From Mariprofundaceae bacterium (GTDB lineage Bacteria > Pseudomonadota > Zetaproteobacteria > Mariprofundales > Mariprofundaceae), in the NCBI GenBank assembly GCA_046756985.1, contig JBHHXG010000001.1, positions 1 to 50,577 of the forward strand: a DNA stretch of 50,577 nucleotides, given 5' to 3'. Shown piece by piece: positions 10,243 through 19,953 of this stretch. Positions within the stretch are counted from its first letter, which is position 1, and each line of letters begins with the position of its first letter. The position numbers and the translations under genes are program-made. The notes below the pieces were generated by a model that saw only the letters and a list, made by a program, of their open reading frames with translations, was not told the origin of the DNA and searched no databases.

Positions 10243-11616
10243 CTATTTCACCCCATGATTATAAATCGCATCCATTAATTTATCCCCAAGGTACGCATTC
10301 GGTGGAGCGCCCTTTTCCTGCAGCTTTTTGATTCGGTCGGCGCTGCGAAGTGCTTCATCTTTTTTGCCTTCTTTAAGATAATTGATTCCCGATTTATAAA
10401 ACCAGTCGGTGGCAGCAGCAGCGTTTTGATCCACTCCCTTGCCTCCGGCGTACATCTCGCCAAGTTTGAACTGAGCCAGGGCGCTATTCTGATCGGCGGC
10501 CCTGCGATACCACTTCACTGCTTCGACATCATCCCTGGCGACGCCTGCGCCATGACTGTAGATTTCTCCAAGATAAATCTGGGCCAGGGCAAAGTCCTGT
10601 TCCGCTGACTTTCGATGTAATTTCATCGCTTCGGCATGGTTGCTTCGCACGCCAATCCCGGCATCATACATCAGGCCCAGATAGAAATTCGCTTCAGAGC
10701 TTTCCTGTTTCGATGCCAGGTAATACCACTTGAAAGCCTCATCATTATCCTGTGCAACACCGTCGCCAAATCTATACATGAAACCCAGACGCACTTGCGC
10801 CTGAAGGTTTCCCTGTTCAGCTGCCAGGCGATACCAGTGAGTGGCATTGGCATCATTCTTTTCGACTCCGATGCCCTTGTGGTACATATTGCCAAGACGG
10901 TATTGGGCTCCGGCATCACCCTGAATTGCCGATGACAATGTACGGCGAAAGGCGGTCGCATCATCACGGCCTGTTGCGGCACGCGCCTGACGCTGCTTAG
11001 TCCTGGAAGACTGTGGCCGCACCGAAGCTACCTTGCTCTTTTTTGCCGGCCGGGATTGATTCACGCCGGTGGTTTTGGGCCTTTTCCGGGCTGTACGCAG
11101 TTTCGCTTTCGCTTCATGCAAAGCTGCTTCTGTTTCATGCAGCTTTGCCGCAGAAACACTGGCGCTGCTCATGACGTAGTAATCAATGAAGTCGAGTGAG
11201 TTGATATCGCTGACAGCCTGGCCGAATGATTCGGTATTATGCCCCAGGGTATCCAGGCTCCAGAAGTTGAGCCAGTACCATTTCCCTGCCTCCATCTGAA
11301 TTTTTTGGGTATGTTTCGTTCCCAGTCGGACGCCGAGTGCCACCCAGGTGTGCTCAACGGTATGAACCCCCGGTGACAATTCGATGACGAAATAGCCATC
11401 ATCGCTTACCTCAATGGTGCGTTTGCCATCAATGGAAACCTGATCATACCCCACGATGCCGCCAATGCCTTCCCGGTACAAATACAGCAGTGAATGGCCT
11501 TCCGGAACCTTGAAGTTTCTGGCGATATCTTCATACCGGCTCACAGGCGTGGATGCGCAACTTGCAAGCAACAGCAGTGCGGCCAGACAGTATGCAACCC
11601 TGCTGTTTTTCACCAT
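10243..11616 (-). CDS. Sel1-repeat (SLR) lipoprotein with N-terminal beta-rich domain
   Basis: Lipobox LLLLASC. Basic linker, then about 6 Sel1 repeats (AQYRLGNMYHKGIGVEKN, AQVRLGFMYRFGDGV, and so on). The start is ambiguous among 11616, 11637 and 11658. Confidence 0.8.
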   Translation of the reverse strand: MVKNSRVAYCLAALLLLASCASTPVSRYEDIARNFKVPEGHSLLYLYREGIGGIVGYDQVSIDGKRTIEVSDDGYFVIELSPGVHTVEHTWVALGVRLGTKHTQKIQMEAGKWYWLNFWSLDTLGHNTESFGQAVSDINSLDFIDYYVMSSASVSAAKLHETEAALHEAKAKLRTARKRPKTTGVNQSRPAKKSKVASVRPQSSRTKQRQARAATGRDDATAFRRTLSSAIQGDAGAQYRLGNMYHKGIGVEKNDANATHWYRLAAEQGNLQAQVRLGFMYRFGDGVAQDNDEAFKWYYLASKQESSEANFYLGLMYDAGIGVRSNHAEAMKLHRKSAEQDFALAQIYLGEIYSHGAGVARDDVEAVKWYRRAADQNSALAQFKLGEMYAGGKGVDQNAAAATDWFYKSGINYLKEGKKDEALRSADRIKKLQEKGAPPNAYLGDKLMDAIYNHGVK

Positions 11617-11702
11617 GCTATGTATCAATCGCCCCATGACGGATAACCGTATCCCCAATGTATGGCCTTGGCAAAATCAGCCACCAGGTCGGAGACAGGT
11701 AT

Positions 11703-12389
11703 TCAATACCAGCCCCGTTCCTTGAACGACAATACTTCCTTGCCGGCAATGAGAAAATGATCGAGCACCTTGATGTCCAGTGGCCTGCCGGCCTCGCTCA
11801 TCTGCCGGGTCAGCCGGATATCCTCTTCACTGGCTCGAGCCGTACCGCCCGGATGATTGTGAAACAGGATCATGCCCTTGGCGTCCAGTTCCAGCGCGCG
11901 CTTCATCAGGTTGCGCGGGTACACCACCGCGCGGTCCACCGTGCCCTCGGACATGATCTGTGTGGCGATGTGGCGATGCTGCTGGTCGGTAAAGATAGCA
12001 CCGAAACATTCCATGCCACGGCCCTGCACCAGCAGCCTTAAATGCGCCCGAACTTTTTCCGGCCGGTCAAACACCGATTTTCCCGGCAGATCAGAGGCCA
12101 GATAACGCACTTCCACCTGCCGGACCAGCGCCAGGAATACCGCGCCTTTCTCGCCAATACCCTTGATCTGCGAAAGCTCGGCAACGGGCGCATCGAATAC
12201 GCCAGCCAGCGTCCCGAATGCCTTCAGCAACTGTTTGGCGACCGGTTTGACGTCCACACGCGGCAAGGCATAGGTCAGCAGCAGTTCAAGCACTTCATAG
12301 TCATGAAAGCCCTCAAAACCATGTTCGGCGAAGCGTTGGCGCAGGCGCTCCCGATGTCCTTTCACTGTATCCTTGCTTGGCGTCATCAC
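11703..12389 (-). CDS. radC: RadC-family JAB/MPN domain protein
   Basis: 228 aa. Helix-hairpin-helix N-terminus (LSQIKGIGEKGA) and a C-terminal JAMM motif (FHNHPGG, SEEDIRLT). Confidence 0.9.
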   Translation of the reverse strand: MMTPSKDTVKGHRERLRQRFAEHGFEGFHDYEVLELLLTYALPRVDVKPVAKQLLKAFGTLAGVFDAPVAELSQIKGIGEKGAVFLALVRQVEVRYLASDLPGKSVFDRPEKVRAHLRLLVQGRGMECFGAIFTDQQHRHIATQIMSEGTVDRAVVYPRNLMKRALELDAKGMILFHNHPGGTARASEEDIRLTRQMSEAGRPLDIKVLDHFLIAGKEVLSFKERGWY

Positions 12390-12480
12390 AGTGCCGATTT
12401 ATACACGGTCATGCGCGAGCACGCACCTGTCCGCCAACGGTAACCCGCGATCATGTCTGCACATCCATCTTCCCTCGCCT

Positions 12481-13323
12481 ATGATTTACAACATGGGCTG
12501 GGTATTATCGAGGCTTTTAATCATTCTTGCCGGCAGTGTTGCCCTTGTCAGCGGGTGGATGTTGATGTTTGAAGATGGCTATATCTATTTTCCCAGCCGG
12601 GACATGCTGCATACGCCTGCGGATGTCGGCCTGTCATTCACAGAACACCGGTTTACGACCCAAGATGATGTTTCATTGCATGGCTGGCATATGCCCCATA
12701 CCGCTGCCCGGCACACCGTGCTGCACTTTCATGGCAATGCGGGCAACATCAGTCACCGCCTGCATCTGTACCAGCGCTGGCATAAAATGGGACTTGGGGT
12801 CTTTGCCGTGGACTATCGGGGATACGGCAAAAGCAGTGGAAAGCCTTCCGAAGACGGTCTGTATGAAGATGCCCGTGCAAGCTGGCAACACCTGACGGCC
12901 AAGCTCGGCATTCCCGCATCGCAGGTCATCATTGCAGGCAGAAGTTTGGGATGCGCCGTTGCTGCCCAGCTTGCCGTTAATCTGGGAGACAGAACCAGAC
13001 CCGCAGGCATTGCATTGGAAACACCCTTTACCAATGCACCGGCTCTGGCCCGGATCTTCTATCCGTGGCTGCCTGTCAGTCTTCTGATGCGTACAAAACT
13101 GGAAACCCTGGGCCGGGTAGGCCAGATACGTCTCCCATTGCTATTGATTAGCGCAGAAAACGATGAAATTGTGCCTGCCGGTATGGGGAAGACAATTTAC
13201 GCTGCCGCCAACGAGCCCAAGACTTTTGTTACATTACCCGGCGGACATAACGGCTTTGATACTTTCTCTGAAAAAGCCTATGTCACCGCCTGGAAAAAGT
13301 GGCTCACAACACTTTCAGAATAG
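12481..13323 (+). CDS. Alpha/beta hydrolase (BEM46/lysophospholipase-like), membrane anchored
   Basis: N-terminal TM helix, HGNAGN oxyanion region, nucleophile elbow GRSLG, C-terminal GGHNG. Start taken at ATG 12481 (or 12493). The track ORF start at 12373 overlaps radC. Confidence 0.8.
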   Translation: MIYNMGWVLSRLLIILAGSVALVSGWMLMFEDGYIYFPSRDMLHTPADVGLSFTEHRFTTQDDVSLHGWHMPHTAARHTVLHFHGNAGNISHRLHLYQRWHKMGLGVFAVDYRGYGKSSGKPSEDGLYEDARASWQHLTAKLGIPASQVIIAGRSLGCAVAAQLAVNLGDRTRPAGIALETPFTNAPALARIFYPWLPVSLLMRTKLETLGRVGQIRLPLLLISAENDEIVPAGMGKTIYAAANEPKTFVTLPGGHNGFDTFSEKAYVTAWKKWLTTLSE

Positions 13324-13363
13324 CTTCATTGCAAATGCAACCATGCAAAAGTTTGGTGGCTAA

Positions 13364-13540
13364 TTAGACGCCCTTGAAGGCCGTGGCCGCGGCCAGCAGG
13401 CCCAGGCCGCCGGCTTCAAGCCAGAAGGTGTATTTGCTCAAAACGGGAATGACCACCCATCCCATGTGCATGGCCAGCCCGAGCAGGCCGGCAAGGACCG
13501 CGATCCACCAGATAATCTGTTTTGGAGCAGATAACCTCAT
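13364..13540 (-). CDS. Small hydrophobic membrane protein, 58 aa
   Basis: Not in the ORF track. Translation: MRLSAPKQIIWWIAVLAGLLGLAMHMGWVVIPVLSKYTFWLEAGGLGLLAAATAFKGV (two TM helices). Strong GGGAGGA Shine-Dalgarno 5 nt upstream. Starts 15 nt after the stop of the preceding membrane-protein gene. Confidence 0.6.
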   Translation of the reverse strand: MRLSAPKQIIWWIAVLAGLLGLAMHMGWVVIPVLSKYTFWLEAGGLGLLAAATAFKGV

Positions 13541-13555
13541 CGTTTCCTCCCTTTG

Positions 13556-13972
13556 TTAGTCCACTGAATGCAGCCGCATGATGCCCCAGGCCATCAGCAG
13601 CATCGTGGTAATCAGCGAAATGGCGCCGACGATCGTCAGGTTGAACGCCACCACCAGCCCGGAGCCAGTCAGCATGCCAATGCCACCCAGATACAGCATA
13701 CCGGAATGAAAGACGGCGCCGACCATCAGCAATACGGACACGGCCTTGGCCATCCATACATCCAGCGACAGGCGACAAAGTAAATAGCCGATTACGATAT
13801 TGAGCACTGATTCCAGATTACCATGCGCATGCGCCGCGCGCAGGATGCCGCGCACCTGACTGTCAACAAACTCTTTATCACCGCTGCCTAGTCTGTTGGC
13901 CAGATACATGCCAAGCCCCAGCGTTGTCAGAAAATACAGAAAACCAAACACCATGTTCTTTTTACCAATCAT
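13556..13972 (-). CDS. Integral membrane protein, unknown function (4 TM, AHAHG motif)
   Basis: 138 aa with four hydrophobic segments. No family recognised by eye. Confidence 0.65.
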   Translation of the reverse strand: MIGKKNMVFGFLYFLTTLGLGMYLANRLGSGDKEFVDSQVRGILRAAHAHGNLESVLNIVIGYLLCRLSLDVWMAKAVSVLLMVGAVFHSGMLYLGGIGMLTGSGLVVAFNLTIVGAISLITTMLLMAWGIMRLHSVD

Positions 13973-14094
13973 CGTTCAACCTCCTTGTGAAATACAGGAT
14001 ATCCTCTATGTAAGTGAATCCGGAGCCAAACGTCAAATTGTGAGTGGGTTATCAGGCTAGGCATACACAATGACAGTGGGCTACACTTGCAAAC

Positions 14095-17000
14095 ATGCGG
14101 ATCTTGCGTAAACAACTGATCGAACTTCTGGACCAGGCAAGACTGCAAAATCGTCTGGATGAACTTGCCCCCCGTTTGCTGGCCGCGCTGGTGCATGATT
14201 TCTTCTCGCTGCTTCCGGCCGCATGGAACAAGCACCGCCACAAAAACATTGCGCTGACCTCGCGCACAGTCAGTCATGCCAATTTGCACCGCCATATCAT
14301 CGCCGTGCGCTGTCCTGATCAGGCGTTTTATCTCGATGCCATCAAGGGCTATCTGCTTCGCCGCGGTATTCAGCCGCTGGCTCAACAGACCATGGTTGCC
14401 CGTATGGACTGTGATGACAGTGGTTGCACGCTAAGCCTGCGCAAGCCGGATAAACATGATGAAGACAATTTTATGTTTATCGCCCTGCATATTTCCGCCA
14501 CGCTGGAACCGGACCGGGACAGGCTGTCGAGAGATATCCGTGCTATTATGCAGGCTGTTGATCTGTCCGTGACCGACTTCGCCCCTATGCGCGAAATCAT
14601 TACTTCCTGTGCCGGTAAGCTGGTCGGTGAAGATTCTGATGCGGCTGCCCTGCTTGAATGGATGAATGACGACAAATACCTGTACTTCGGCATGCAAACG
14701 GAGGCAAAAAAGCTGGGGCTTGTTCGCAATCAGCAGGTTTTATCACATATCGCCCGGGGCTTGAAAGAAGAAATTGCCGCACTTGAAAGGCCCAAAAAGA
14801 CGGGGGTTGAATGGCTGCAGCTGGCGGCCAGCCAGCATTATTTATACAGCGCCGCCAGCCTGGAAGTCATGCGTATCAGCTGGCGCAACAGCAAACGGAA
14901 CAGGCTGCAAAGCACCATCGTCATCGGGCACTTTTCGCGCAGCGCCCGTCATGCCAATGCCAGCCGCATCCCGCTTCTTGAACGGTATTGGCAGGTGCTT
15001 GCCGATACCCCTCTGCTGCAGCAGTCGGCCTTCTATCGCCGTGAAATCCGCACGCTTTTTGACCGTCTGCCCAAACCAGCGCTGCTTGCCATCCCACCCA
15101 AGAGATGGCTGGAGCCGCTTAAGGCAATCGTCGATTTGGCCGGGCCCGTACAGACCATGACCAGGCAGCTGATCCCTTCTTCCGGCAATATCTCGATATT
15201 GCTTGTTGCACTGCCAGCCAACCGCTTTGGCCCCAATATCCTCGGCCAAATCCTGGAGGCGGCCCGGACCGCACACCATTTTACCGTACAAAGTCATGAA
15301 GGCTTTGGCGTAGGACCACATCGACTGCTGCTGATCAGCGCTAACAATACGCTGGCAAACGGTGAGCCTATCAAGGAAACCCACATCACCGCACTGGGAA
15401 AAACCATTCAGCAATGCGTCACTTTCTGGAAGGACAGGGCCAAAGTCGGAGTCCTGGATGCAGCCCGAAACCTTAATCTTCCTGACACCCTGAAAGAGCT
15501 CGAGCAGATATCGCCGCTCTACCAGCAACTTTTCCCACCGCATCAATTTATCGAGGACATCCGCATCAGGGATAAGGTGATCGCCAGCGGGCGGACACTG
15601 GTGCGGGCCCATGCACATGATGCCGGCATAGAGCTGCATATCTTTACACAGGCACCGCTACTGCTGGGTGAACTCGTCACCATTGTACAGGCCTTCGGCC
15701 TGACTGCCATTCAGGAGGCCGTCGTCGACTTTGGCCCCCATGACAGGCAGGTGCATCTAAGCAGCATCCGTTGCCAGACAGCGCAGGCATTTCGTGCTGA
15801 CGATGAAAAACGGCTGATGGAAGGCATGGAGCGCGTACTCAACGACGAGGCCGACAACGACCCTGTCAATGCGTTACTGCTTGCCGCCGGACTTAATATT
15901 GATCAGGTCGCTATCATCATCACGCTGCGCAATCATCTGATTCAACTGCTTGCCGATGCAGCTCCCACGCCGCTGACCGATATGCTGCGGCGACACCCGC
16001 TTGTTGCCGCAAAACTGTACCGCCTGTTTGAGGCGCGGCACCGTCCGGCAATGCCTGTAAGCTTTGAGGCCCAGTCCAGGCTTGAATTTGATAAGGCCAT
16101 GACCGGCGTACAAAACCTGACTGACGACCGCTGGTTCAGGGCGCTGGCCGAGATCGTCGATGCCAGCCTGCGCAGCAATTCATTTATGCGCGAGGCCGGC
16201 GAACCTGTTGCGATAAAGATCGATCCTTCCAGGCTCAGCTTCGCCCCCAGGCCTGCGCCCTACCGTGAGATGTTTGTGCATGGTGTGCATGTCGAGGGTG
16301 TGCACCTGCGGGCCGGACCCGTGGCCCGGGGCGGTATTCGTTATTCGGACCGCCCCGCTGATTTCCGTACCGAAGTACTTGAACTGATGGCAACCCAAGT
16401 CGTGAAAAACGGCCAGATCGTTCCGACCGGCGCCAAGGGCGGATTTGTTGTCAGAAATGGCGATGGCGAGCCCTTTGTTCGTCAGCAGTATCGCACCTTC
16501 ATTCGTGCGCTTCTGGGCCTGACAGATAACCTGGTTCATAATGAAGCCTCTCCACCCACCGGCATTCGTATCCATGAGGGAGACAGTCATGACCCCTATC
16601 TGGTCGTTGCAGCCGACAAGGGAACGGCGCGGTATTCCGATGTCGCCAATGAAGAATCCCGTCTGGCCGGATTCTGGCTGGATGATGCCTTCGCCAGCGG
16701 AGGTAAGCATGGCTATGACCACAAAGAAGTCGGCATCACGGCCAGGGGGGCGTGGATTTGCGCCGCTCATCATTTTACCCTGTTGGGTCGGAATGCATAC
16801 ACCGACCCGGTTAGCGTCGTTGGCATTGGTGATATGAGCGGGGATGTGTTCGGCAACGGCATGCTGCTGAATCCGAATATACGCCTGGTCGGCGCATTCA
16901 ATCACCGGCATATTTTTCTAGATCCGGATCCTGACCCTGAACGTTCCTATGCTGAGCGCAGACGGCTGTTTGAAGAGGCTGCTGGATGGGAGCAATACGA

Positions 17001-18714
17001 TCCGGCATACATCAGCCAGAGTGGCGGGATTTTCAAACGCCAAGCCAAAAGCATTCCTATTTCGGCGGAGGCCCAGCAGGTATTGGGCATTACGGAAACT
17101 TCATTATCAGGAGAAGCGCTGATCAAGGCCCTACTGACCGCTGATGTGGACCTTCTCTATAACGGCGGCATTGGCACCTATGTCAAGGCAAGTACTGAGA
17201 CTCACGCTGATGTTCGCGACCCGGCAAATAATGCCGTTCGTGTCGATGCCGATCAGCTCAGAGCGACAGTCATCTGTGAAGGAGGCAACCTTGGCCTGAC
17301 ACAGCAGGCGAGACTGCAATATGCTGCCAGTGGCGGGCACATCAATACGGATGCCATTGATAATTCCGCCGGCGTGGATATGTCCGATCATGAGGTTAAC
17401 CTGAAAATTCTTTTTGCATCCCGGGCAGATGACATCACACCGGCAAAGAGAAACCGTATTCTGAAAGACCTGACGGAAAAAATAACCGCCCAGTGTCTGG
17501 ATAATAACCTGTTGCAGTCACAGGCACTGACATTGGCCAGTCTGGATGCAGTGGTTCACCCGCCCCGAATCCAGCGCCTTCGCGATGAGCTATTAAGGAC
17601 AGAGCGTATAGACCCGCATACGGATCCTGATATCTGCAATGATGAATCGCTTGTCTTGCGGCCCCAGCTGGCAGTGCTTTTTGGACACGAAAAAAACCGT
17701 ATCCACGACCGACTCTCGGAAGAAGGCTTTGACCAGCATACATGTTTTCGTAGCCAGCTATTGCTTTCCTATTTTCCTGCCTCGATTCAGCGCCGTTTTA
17801 CAGAGGATATCACCGGGCATCCGCTGAGCCGCGACATTATCAATACCCGGGCCGTCAATGACATCGTCAATCATATGGGGCTGGGTGCCGTACACCATCT
17901 GGAAACACTGCTAGATAACCCGCTCTCCGACATCGTACAGGCCTTGCTGCTGACCGATGTCATCATGGACTCGGACACGCTTCGTGAGGCTATTTGGCAG
18001 CATACTTCAGACCCTGAAATTGCCAGCCAGATGCAGCGTTCATTACAGGAGCATTTGATGCATTTTGCCGAAGAGTTGTTGCGGTTGTGCACAGTGGAGC
18101 CACTGAATCAGCAGTGGGTCTTGCAACAGCGCACCGGCATGCGGCGCTTCAGGCATTCGCTGGCCGCGCAGGGCATTGGCGGTATGGAAAGCAGCCGGTA
18201 TCTGGATCTGCTCAAGACCGTCGCTCAGGCAGGCTTATCATCCGAGCATGCTGCCCATCTGGCCACCATGCCGGAGTTGGCGCAAACTGCAGCTGCCGTC
18301 CACCTGAGCGCAGACATGAATATTCCTCTGCTGCGCTGCCTCAAGGCCAGCCAGGCATGTCTGCATCTGTTGCCAATCTCCGAGGTGGAAGCGCCGCTAC
18401 GCTCGTCAGGCTGGGGAGAAGAGGAAACGCATGAATTGCGTCGCGAGTGGCTGCACCGGCTGACCCTGCTGAAAAGCCGCGCCATTGAAGACCTGTTGCG
18501 CAGTGGTTCCACAAACTTTATACGCACCGGTGAGAAATTATGGTGCTCTCACAAGCACTGGCCGGATATTGAACCCCTGCGTAAGCCTCAACTGGATGCG
18601 GTCGAGGAAGAAGGTGAAGCAAGCATGGAAATCAGCCAAATGCAGTTGTTGTTGGCATTGACACGGCTTGAGTCCATCATTGATGAAAGTGACGCCCGGT
18701 CCAAAGCAGATTGA
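14095..18714 (+). CDS. gdhB: NAD-specific glutamate dehydrogenase, large (about 180 kDa) class
   Basis: 1539 aa. The central catalytic region (GGIRYSDR, VPTGAKGGF, ADKGTA, GDMSGDVFGNGML) matches the Bac_GDH family. Confidence 0.92.
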   Translation: MRILRKQLIELLDQARLQNRLDELAPRLLAALVHDFFSLLPAAWNKHRHKNIALTSRTVSHANLHRHIIAVRCPDQAFYLDAIKGYLLRRGIQPLAQQTMVARMDCDDSGCTLSLRKPDKHDEDNFMFIALHISATLEPDRDRLSRDIRAIMQAVDLSVTDFAPMREIITSCAGKLVGEDSDAAALLEWMNDDKYLYFGMQTEAKKLGLVRNQQVLSHIARGLKEEIAALERPKKTGVEWLQLAASQHYLYSAASLEVMRISWRNSKRNRLQSTIVIGHFSRSARHANASRIPLLERYWQVLADTPLLQQSAFYRREIRTLFDRLPKPALLAIPPKRWLEPLKAIVDLAGPVQTMTRQLIPSSGNISILLVALPANRFGPNILGQILEAARTAHHFTVQSHEGFGVGPHRLLLISANNTLANGEPIKETHITALGKTIQQCVTFWKDRAKVGVLDAARNLNLPDTLKELEQISPLYQQLFPPHQFIEDIRIRDKVIASGRTLVRAHAHDAGIELHIFTQAPLLLGELVTIVQAFGLTAIQEAVVDFGPHDRQVHLSSIRCQTAQAFRADDEKRLMEGMERVLNDEADNDPVNALLLAAGLNIDQVAIIITLRNHLIQLLADAAPTPLTDMLRRHPLVAAKLYRLFEARHRPAMPVSFEAQSRLEFDKAMTGVQNLTDDRWFRALAEIVDASLRSNSFMREAGEPVAIKIDPSRLSFAPRPAPYREMFVHGVHVEGVHLRAGPVARGGIRYSDRPADFRTEVLELMATQVVKNGQIVPTGAKGGFVVRNGDGEPFVRQQYRTFIRALLGLTDNLVHNEASPPTGIRIHEGDSHDPYLVVAADKGTARYSDVANEESRLAGFWLDDAFASGGKHGYDHKEVGITARGAWICAAHHFTLLGRNAYTDPVSVVGIGDMSGDVFGNGMLLNPNIRLVGAFNHRHIFLDPDPDPERSYAERRRLFEEAAGWEQYDPAYISQSGGIFKRQAKSIPISAEAQQVLGITETSLSGEALIKALLTADVDLLYNGGIGTYVKASTETHADVRDPANNAVRVDADQLRATVICEGGNLGLTQQARLQYAASGGHINTDAIDNSAGVDMSDHEVNLKILFASRADDITPAKRNRILKDLTEKITAQCLDNNLLQSQALTLASLDAVVHPPRIQRLRDELLRTERIDPHTDPDICNDESLVLRPQLAVLFGHEKNRIHDRLSEEGFDQHTCFRSQLLLSYFPASIQRRFTEDITGHPLSRDIINTRAVNDIVNHMGLGAVHHLETLLDNPLSDIVQALLLTDVIMDSDTLREAIWQHTSDPEIASQMQRSLQEHLMHFAEELLRLCTVEPLNQQWVLQQRTGMRRFRHSLAAQGIGGMESSRYLDLLKTVAQAGLSSEHAAHLATMPELAQTAAAVHLSADMNIPLLRCLKASQACLHLLPISEVEAPLRSSGWGEEETHELRREWLHRLTLLKSRAIEDLLRSGSTNFIRTGEKLWCSHKHWPDIEPLRKPQLDAVEEEGEASMEISQMQLLLALTRLESIIDESDARSKAD

Positions 18715-18717
18715 ATC

Positions 18718-19860
18718 TTAATGCGGCCGACGCACAAGCAGCAGAGACGCTCCCTCCCGTAAAAACTGCCAGCCGGCTTTAAGTAACTGCTTCAGGCGTT
18801 TGCGGATAAAGTTGCATTTCACACAGCCACCCTGCGCCATCTGCTGGCGCACTTCATAACGTGGATAAATGGTTTCGCACCAGAAGGCCAGCCGATGCGA
18901 AAAATCCGGCTGCATGCGTGCAAACAACCGCTCGGCCAGATATGGGATGACTTCATGATTCATATGCCGCGCAAACAGCCGCCGCTCGATAAAGCCCATA
19001 TCCGGCCTGATATCATTCAGCAGACGCTCCGGCACAGAGGCCCCCAGATATTCCCCAACGTAGGCCAGCGCATAATAACAGGGCCGCTGTAGCCGGTATT
19101 CGCGGATGCCTGCCAGTACCTCATCCCATTGCCCTGCAGCATCAATGCTGTTCGCCAACAGTGCAATATCATACAGCCAGATCAGCCGCTCAAAGGAATG
19201 TTTCAGGGCATGAAAACACAGGTACGGCAGATGGACGCGTGGCGAAACAAGCAATGCCTTCTCACCTGCCAGTTCACCCTCTTCGGCATATTTGAAAAAG
19301 TCACTCGCGCGTAGCGGTGTCAGATATTGCCACGCCCGGATACGCTCCATCCCCAGGGGCTCATGATGTAAATCAAGCATGATATCGCCACGAAAATAGA
19401 TATTTCGGTAGCTCTGGTGTGGCCTGAAACCGATGTCCCACAATGCCTGCTTGGCATCGAGCATGCGTGCTTCACTCAGCAGCAGATCAATATCGCTCTG
19501 TGGACGCAGCGGCGCATTTTCACCATACAACGGTTCGGAAACCGCCAGACCACGCATACAAAGCACAGGAATACCGGTTCGCCGCAAGGCCGAAAGCACC
19601 TGTCCGCAGGCATGGCGTCGGCGCAGAAACTGGGCTGCCTGATGATACTGATTTGCTTCCGATGCTTCGCGGAACTCATGATCTGCAGCAATTTCCCGCT
19701 GTTGCTGCATGGCGGACCATAGCAACTGATCCATGCCTTCACGCATCGCCGCGCCCCATAACTGGCCGTCTTTCAGGTCTTCGGAAGACGGGGCACGGCT
19801 GGACAACAACTGGCAAAGACGACTGCGAGGCGCTAGAATTTTCATTGCTGGGACAGACAT
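18718..19860 (-). CDS. Nucleotidyltransferase family protein (PF14907-like, RiPP-associated type)
   Basis: 380 aa. MRGLAVSEPLYGENAPLRPQSDIDLLL gives the G..(n)..DxD nucleotidyltransferase-fold signature. Divergent from the Cys-rich precursor gene. Confidence 0.75.
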   Translation of the reverse strand: MSVPAMKILAPRSRLCQLLSSRAPSSEDLKDGQLWGAAMREGMDQLLWSAMQQQREIAADHEFREASEANQYHQAAQFLRRRHACGQVLSALRRTGIPVLCMRGLAVSEPLYGENAPLRPQSDIDLLLSEARMLDAKQALWDIGFRPHQSYRNIYFRGDIMLDLHHEPLGMERIRAWQYLTPLRASDFFKYAEEGELAGEKALLVSPRVHLPYLCFHALKHSFERLIWLYDIALLANSIDAAGQWDEVLAGIREYRLQRPCYYALAYVGEYLGASVPERLLNDIRPDMGFIERRLFARHMNHEVIPYLAERLFARMQPDFSHRLAFWCETIYPRYEVRQQMAQGGCVKCNFIRKRLKQLLKAGWQFLREGASLLLVRRPH

Positions 19861-19953
19861 TGATTCATAAAGCTATTCCAAAGTGAATTGTCCTGCCAGC
19901 CGGAAGGGGCCGAAAAGAACTGAAAAGGTTATTTGGCCTTGCGAGGTGAACAC

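Noticed and set aside
10243-11616. Periodic sequence in the Sel1-repeat genes as possible DNA tandem repeats or a CRISPR-like array
   Set aside because: The periodicity is at the protein level (about 36-aa Sel1 units with divergent DNA). There are no identical DNA repeats or spacers.
14842-16911. Minus-strand ORFs of 265 aa (14842-15639) and 243 aa (16180-16911) inside gdhB
   Set aside because: Both lie antisense to a continuous 1539-aa ORF with clear NAD-GDH motifs. They have no motifs of their own and are typical long reverse-frame ORFs in GC-rich coding DNA.
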